Shown here: positions 58,907 to 64,000 of the stretch, one piece after another
How positions within the stretch are numbered: the first letter of the stretch is position 1
Layout: every line of letters begins with the position of its first letter
The notes under the pieces: model-generated
What the model saw: only the letters and a program-made list of their open reading frames with translations
What the model was told of the DNA's origin: nothing
Database searches by the model: none
From: Picochlorum sp. SENEW3
Taxonomy: Eukaryota
Length of the DNA: 64,000 nucleotides
NCBI GenBank assembly: GCA_034226945.1
Contig: CP120454.1
Span: forward strand, 434,001 to 498,000
Direction: 5' to 3'
Translations under genes and position numbers: made by a program

Positions 58907-60442
58907 ATGGCAAACACAGTGACAGCTTGCGTGAATACACGCACTACAGTGACAAGAAAGAATATGGTTGTTAATAATGGAGTATTGCGGGGCCGAGTGG
59001 TGATGCCTGTGAAGGGTCTTTGCGGTCGACGCGCGGCTCTTCCCATGCGAGTGTCTGCTGCCGCCTCTGGCTGCGATTTCGAGGGTGCTCTCGGGTCCTC
59101 ATCTGGGGATTCCGCACAGAAAGAATTGCAGATTATGAATTTGTCCGTGCCAACGACCGGCATGGCCAAAGGGCTCGGTTCTTCGGGTGGTGCCACATTG
59201 CAGAGGTCCAAGCTCAGCTTGAAGCAGAGTCAGCAGCAGAGTGCCCCGAAACTGGATGACGGAATGGGAGGAGGAGGCATTGGGAAGGGAATTTTCAATG
59301 GTGGAGGAGGTGATGGTGGCGATGATGGTGACGATGATGATTACTTTGGAGAGGACGATGGTGATGGTGATGGCGATGATGATGGCTTCTTCAGAAAGGT
59401 GTTCCAGGAGCTCTATGAAGCCAAAGCTATTGCAGCGGTTCTTCAGGAGTGGTACAGGACAATGGGTGATTTGCCACTGATTATTAGGCAGGCTGCAGAG
59501 ATGGGAATGTTTTCTAGTGCTGCATTAGTGAGATTCATGTCCATGGATGTGAGGCCAAATGTGACAAGAATGGTCACTCGATCTCTTCCACCTGATGTGT
59601 CTAGAAACGTCGTTGGTCGCTTGATGGCGGATCCAGCCTTCATGCAAAAGCTTGCTTTGGAGCAGATGATTACGATTGGAGCATCTTTGGTATATGAAGC
59701 AAGGGTCAGAGGAGAGAAATTCTGGAAGGAGATTGACCTGGTTGCGGTGAACACTCTCTCGTTGGCTGCCGCCAATGCTGCTGTTGTATATCTTGTAAGC
59801 CCAACACGTGCAGCCTCAGCTCCTGCAAGGTATGAATGGCAGAACATGCTCTCCAAATTGCCAAATAATGTATTTGAAGGAACAACTCCGCTTAGATCGT
59901 ACTCCAACAATTCTAGAATTGCATCATTCTTCGTCAAGGCAGCTCAATTGAGTGGTGTGGGCCTTGTGGCGGGTGGATTACAAAGCTCATTGTCAAAGGC
60001 TGTTGTTGCTCTTCGCCAGAAATCAGACCCATCCTTTGTGCCCTCCATGAAGATTCCAGAAATTCAGCAGAGTGCCCTTGGCATGGCAGCAACATGTGGT
60101 GTATTTGCAAATGCTCGCTACCAAATCATAGCCGGATTCGATAGATATCTGTTTGAAAATGCTAATTATCTTTGGAGTTATCTGACTCTGAGCGGACTTC
60201 TCAGAGCTGCTAGCACAGCCATTGGAGATCAGACCCGCCAGTTCATGTGTGGGCTTCCAGCACCACCTTCAATGGCATCTGATGCAGAGAGAAGAATGGC
60301 ACGTGCTAGACAGCAGGCATTAGCGCAACAGAGAATGATTGAATCCTATAGAAGAACAGGTAGCACAGGAATCAAGAAGAAAAAGTCAAAGAAGACTGCT
60401 GGGTTTGAGATGGGAGTCGGTCCAACTCCTGCTGCAGCCTAG
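58907..60442 (+). CDS. RETICULATA-related (DUF3411) plastid envelope protein
   Basis: Gly/Asp-rich linker, RLMADPAF, RGEKFWKEID, LPNNVFE and FANARYQIIAG motifs. Confidence 0.88.
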   Translation: MANTVTACVNTRTTVTRKNMVVNNGVLRGRVVMPVKGLCGRRAALPMRVSAAASGCDFEGALGSSSGDSAQKELQIMNLSVPTTGMAKGLGSSGGATLQRSKLSLKQSQQQSAPKLDDGMGGGGIGKGIFNGGGGDGGDDGDDDDYFGEDDGDGDGDDDGFFRKVFQELYEAKAIAAVLQEWYRTMGDLPLIIRQAAEMGMFSSAALVRFMSMDVRPNVTRMVTRSLPPDVSRNVVGRLMADPAFMQKLALEQMITIGASLVYEARVRGEKFWKEIDLVAVNTLSLAAANAAVVYLVSPTRAASAPARYEWQNMLSKLPNNVFEGTTPLRSYSNNSRIASFFVKAAQLSGVGLVAGGLQSSLSKAVVALRQKSDPSFVPSMKIPEIQQSALGMAATCGVFANARYQIIAGFDRYLFENANYLWSYLTLSGLLRAASTAIGDQTRQFMCGLPAPPSMASDAERRMARARQQALAQQRMIESYRRTGSTGIKKKKSKKTAGFEMGVGPTPAAA

Positions 60443-60576
60443 ATTCCTGAAGAAATGTTCCGTGGACGAGAAATGATACAATGCCGCTCGAGTGGCACTT
60501 TCAATGACGACCGTCATCCGTATATACACATAAATATTTTCTTTCTTGCTGTTACAATTTCATCTGACATTGTCAT

Positions 60577-63055
60577 TCATTGATTGAACAGCCATTCTGG
60601 CTGTGTGAGACCAACAATACCAGCACAAATTGGGCATGTTGGCGGTGCAGGCACACGTTGCGAATGTTTACGATAATGGCGTGGCTGTGGAGGTATCGAG
60701 AAATTCCTATGACACGATCTGCATTCCCATCTCCCACCGTCGACGAGTCCAAAGAGAGTCATGGGACAGCGTGCAATTGTGAAGCTTTCTCTGCCTTCAA
60801 TCTTCACCACCGCTTGCAACGATTCATTCAAAGAACCCCGTCGGATTTCTGCGTTGAGATTAGGAAGGGTAATAGAAAGAGGGCGCTTTGGAGCATCATC
60901 GACCACCACATCCTCCCCAAGCATTGAGTACATGCCTTGAGCTTCCTGCACAGTGGCATCTGACAAGCACGGGCTGTCTCTGTGAGTGACGACAAAGTCA
61001 AGCGCTAGTAATGCCGACAGTTTTTCCTCAGCAGTATTGTGTTGTTCCAGCAAATTCGTATGGATGTGATGCTTCATTGCAAGGAGCTCTATGTTGGAAA
61101 TCTGCTCGATTCCGGACTCTGGCTCTGTTTGCAATGCCATCAAGATACGAACCATTGCAGCAATACGCCTGCTCTGTTCAAAATAATCTATATCTTCGTG
61201 TCCATCAGTGGTTACAGTACTGCAGAAATCTTGTGCATCCCCAAGCATTTGTAGCAGAGACTCCTTGTCCATACAGTGCTCAGCAAGTTCAATCAATCTC
61301 TCCACATCCCACAGGACGTCGGTTGATGTTTCGCTCTGAGTCGACCAAGTATGTATACATCTTTCTAATGCGCTTCCTAGGCTGGAAAGGTTTTCCTTGG
61401 GGTCTACAAGTGATTGAATATGCACAAATCCCTGAGTGACTTTTTGATGGATTTGTAATTGCCTACAATGCATGTGTATCATTATATTTACGTCTTAATG
61501 TAAGCGTGAACAAAAGTCTAACGTACTTTTTATACTCTATATCGGGTTGTAAAGCTTGCCGCACAACAGCAATGAAGTGCCCTCCAGGGGAAGCAGCAAC
61601 TCCAAAGCAGCCATATCCTTTGTATGCCAGAGGACCATCAAACCCATGGACAGGGTTTGGGATCAAAGAAACATCAGGCTTCCATTCTCGTGGAATTTTA
61701 AAGCTAACCATATTTCCTAATCTGGAAGTGGCTACTACGATTTCTCCTTGGCAGTGAAAGGAGGTGCCTGAAATGGAGTGGGAATCCATCTTGTGAGGTA
61801 CATGAATTCCATGTCCATCCACCATGGCTTCTTCCACGCTGTGACTCGCTGAAATGTTGTGGCTCGCATACATCTGTATGTTGCCACATGCTTTACCCAC
61901 ACAGATAAGAAGCTGAAGGGACTGTTCTATGTATCGGAGGCAGCATGACAGACTAGACACAATCAGAGAATCTCTGGGCAGAATCAATACTGGCTTACGA
62001 CCGTCCAAATCGGTCATATCTACACGTTCATTCCATGAACAAGGATCAAATCTACCAAGAGTTGAAGCTTGTATCCCCCATGCGGCCACCGAACCTGATC
62101 CGCCGCCGAACACAGCAACCAACTCTGCCTCTCTGTCTCCCTCACCTGGCACACATGCCCATGTCATTGCTTGAACACTTTCCCCAGCAATGTGTAAGTG
62201 CCCGATATACGACACTCGGTCCTCAAAATGAGTTCCTGATTGTATATCCTCATCCATCCTTAAAGTCTGAAGATGCTGCATCCTCCATAGATGCATCCCT
62301 CCATCTTCAGAGGCTATAGAAATGATTGAAAAGCAAAACCCTGTTTGATCATCATATAATGCATCCGACCAAGAGATATTCGTGAATCGAGAATCAGAAA
62401 AGCTATCGTCAGTCAAGGTATCCGCTAATGGCGAGAGATTAACAAGCGGTATCCACATGGGAGTAAGGCCATCTGATGCAGCAAACACCATGGCACTTGC
62501 ATCATCAAAAACTACTCCCAACACACTTCTCCCTGTATCACTACACATACTTGGCGACCAAGAAATACTAACTACTTTTGGCAACTCAGAATTCCAGTAT
62601 GCATCATCAAATAACTGAGATGCACCCAAAGATGCCTCGATTCCTTGCCCCAAGCCCTTCATCTTTTTTGTCATGTCCAGCAGTCTGACAAGATTATTCA
62701 AGCTTCCTCCCCTATTTACATCTTCAGACTTCTTGGAAGTCGATGCTTTCTTTTTCTCACCTTCTGTACTATGTCTCGTTTCCCTTTCTCTCAACAGCCT
62801 TGCTCTATATTCTTCAAATTCCTCAGCAGGACTATCCAATCTAGGCACCATTTGTCTCCATGCTGCAAGCCCCACCGTCCCATCCATTCGAGACGGGTGA
62901 AACACCGTCACGACTGTAGATGCTGCAACGGCAATCAGTCCATCCTCATGGTTCCATACCACACTATTCCCACTCGTTGGCAGAAACTCGAGGGGCTTGG
63001 TCTCTCGAGGAGTCGTCTCAAACGGCTGCACCCCGTTCTCCGCTGCACTCTCCAT
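60577..63055 (-). CDS. TFIIIC 90-kDa-like subunit (WD40 plus C-terminal Zn finger; intron 61526-61463)
   Basis: WD40-like repeats (ISWSP, FGVAASPGG) and C-terminal RCPMT...WECRSCHR...CPICA. The intron joins two ORFs in frame. Confidence 0.6.
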
Positions 63056-63492
63056 GCTCAAAATGAAAACAAATTATGTGATTATAATGACTATCAAAGC
63101 CAGATCATGCCGTGTCTATTGTGTATCGCCTTGCAAGGCAACCTGCTCTTTACGATTTCAAAAAATTAACCGACACGACCGTTTCCTTCAGCCCTTCACC
63201 GGCCAATAGGATTGCCTAACTTTGCATGATTTAATTTAATGCGTCATATCTGGGTATACTCTCACGTGATCTCCGGGATCGTGAGTTACAAAATCAATTT
63301 TGACCCGTCCCATGAACGACCTCGATGGATGGGAGAGCAAATGTGTCGGACTTTTGGGACATGAGGGGAGAATCTGTTCCAATCCTCTGCCACTTCTGTG
63401 GCACATTTCTGGGATATACGGCCTAAACCCAAAGTAAATTGTCCCTATTTCTTGATTTAATACCACCATTGCCTTTTTCACCTCACAATAAA

Positions 63493-64000
63493 ATGCTATC
63501 TACCGTTCCGTCGGCGACGCCGACCAGAGCAGCGTTGGTATCAGGTCTGAGTAGAGGTGACCACGGTGTTTTGTCGAGTTTGAGAACTCACATTGTGAAA
63601 ACAAAAGATGATGAAGGGGTCTGTAGGCCAGTACAGCGTGTCAGTCAAGTTTCTGTCCGTTCACCCTATATGACTGCGCGTGCTGTCCGGGCAGACGAGC
63701 AGGGATCCTCCGTGGAGGATGCGAAGACGGTGCAAATCATATCAAATGTGATGAATGCTGTGGAATTGGAGTGGCAGACGATTGCAGATGAGATGGGAGT
63801 GCGGATTGCAGCAGCTGGAGAAGATGTCAGTGAGGGTGAGCAGGAGCTCAGACACCACGTGATCAAGTCGATTGAGATGCTGCAAGCAGGTTTGCTGGAA
63901 CGAGATATGGAAGTTCGTTTGATGCTGTTGGCGGCATTATGTGGAGAGCATTTGCTCTTGTTGGGGCCACCTGGCACTGCCAAGTCCGAGTTGAGCAGAA
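63493..64000 (+). CDS. RavA-type MoxR AAA+ ATPase, 5' part (runs off the window)
   Basis: Open frame from ATG 63493 to the edge, ending GLLERDMEVRLMLLAALCGEHLLLLGPPGTAKSELSR; organellar-presequence-like N-terminus. Confidence 0.85.
   Translation, partial: MLSTVPSATPTRAALVSGLSRGDHGVLSSLRTHIVKTKDDEGVCRPVQRVSQVSVRSPYMTARAVRADEQGSSVEDAKTVQIISNVMNAVELEWQTIADEMGVRIAAAGEDVSEGEQELRHHVIKSIEMLQAGLLERDMEVRLMLLAALCGEHLLLLGPPGTAKSELSR

Noticed and set aside
18197..63055. Two Pol III factor genes (BDP1 and TFIIIC90-like) in one window
   Set aside because: They are over 40 kb apart with unrelated genes between, so likely coincidence.
1..64000. CRISPR arrays, tRNA/rRNA genes, transposases, viral genes
   Set aside because: No repeat-spacer arrays, cloverleafs or transposase/RT/capsid motifs were recognised by eye. 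Small ncRNAs cannot be excluded without Infernal.

Overview
Gene-dense nuclear DNA of a compact-genome green alga. Plastid-pathway genes (HCAR, beta-carotene hydroxylase, RbcX, RETICULATA-like), short GT-AG introns of about 64-117 nt, TGTAA poly(A)-type signals and very short intergenic gaps suggest a trebouxiophyte such as Picochlorum (inference). About 36 protein genes were recognised, several rebuilt here by splicing ORF-track fragments. No tRNA, rRNA, CRISPR or clear transposase was seen. Highlights: (1) a ~2540-aa intron-containing NRPS (A-T-C-A-T) ending in a membrane-bound epsilon-poly-lysine-synthetase (Pls/PosA)-type terminal region, a candidate amino-acid polymer synthetase; (2) an adjacent glutamate-receptor-like gene lacking M1 and the pore loop; (3) a SelU/AhpC-TSA gene with an in-frame TGA at its UxxC active site, a stem-loop just downstream and no canonical SECIS that I could find; (4) a stand-alone SOQ1-type HAD gene, an MPH1/Psb34-like gene, an EH-domain 5-phosphatase and a RavA-like ATPase. 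All family calls come from recognising motifs by eye, not from database searches.
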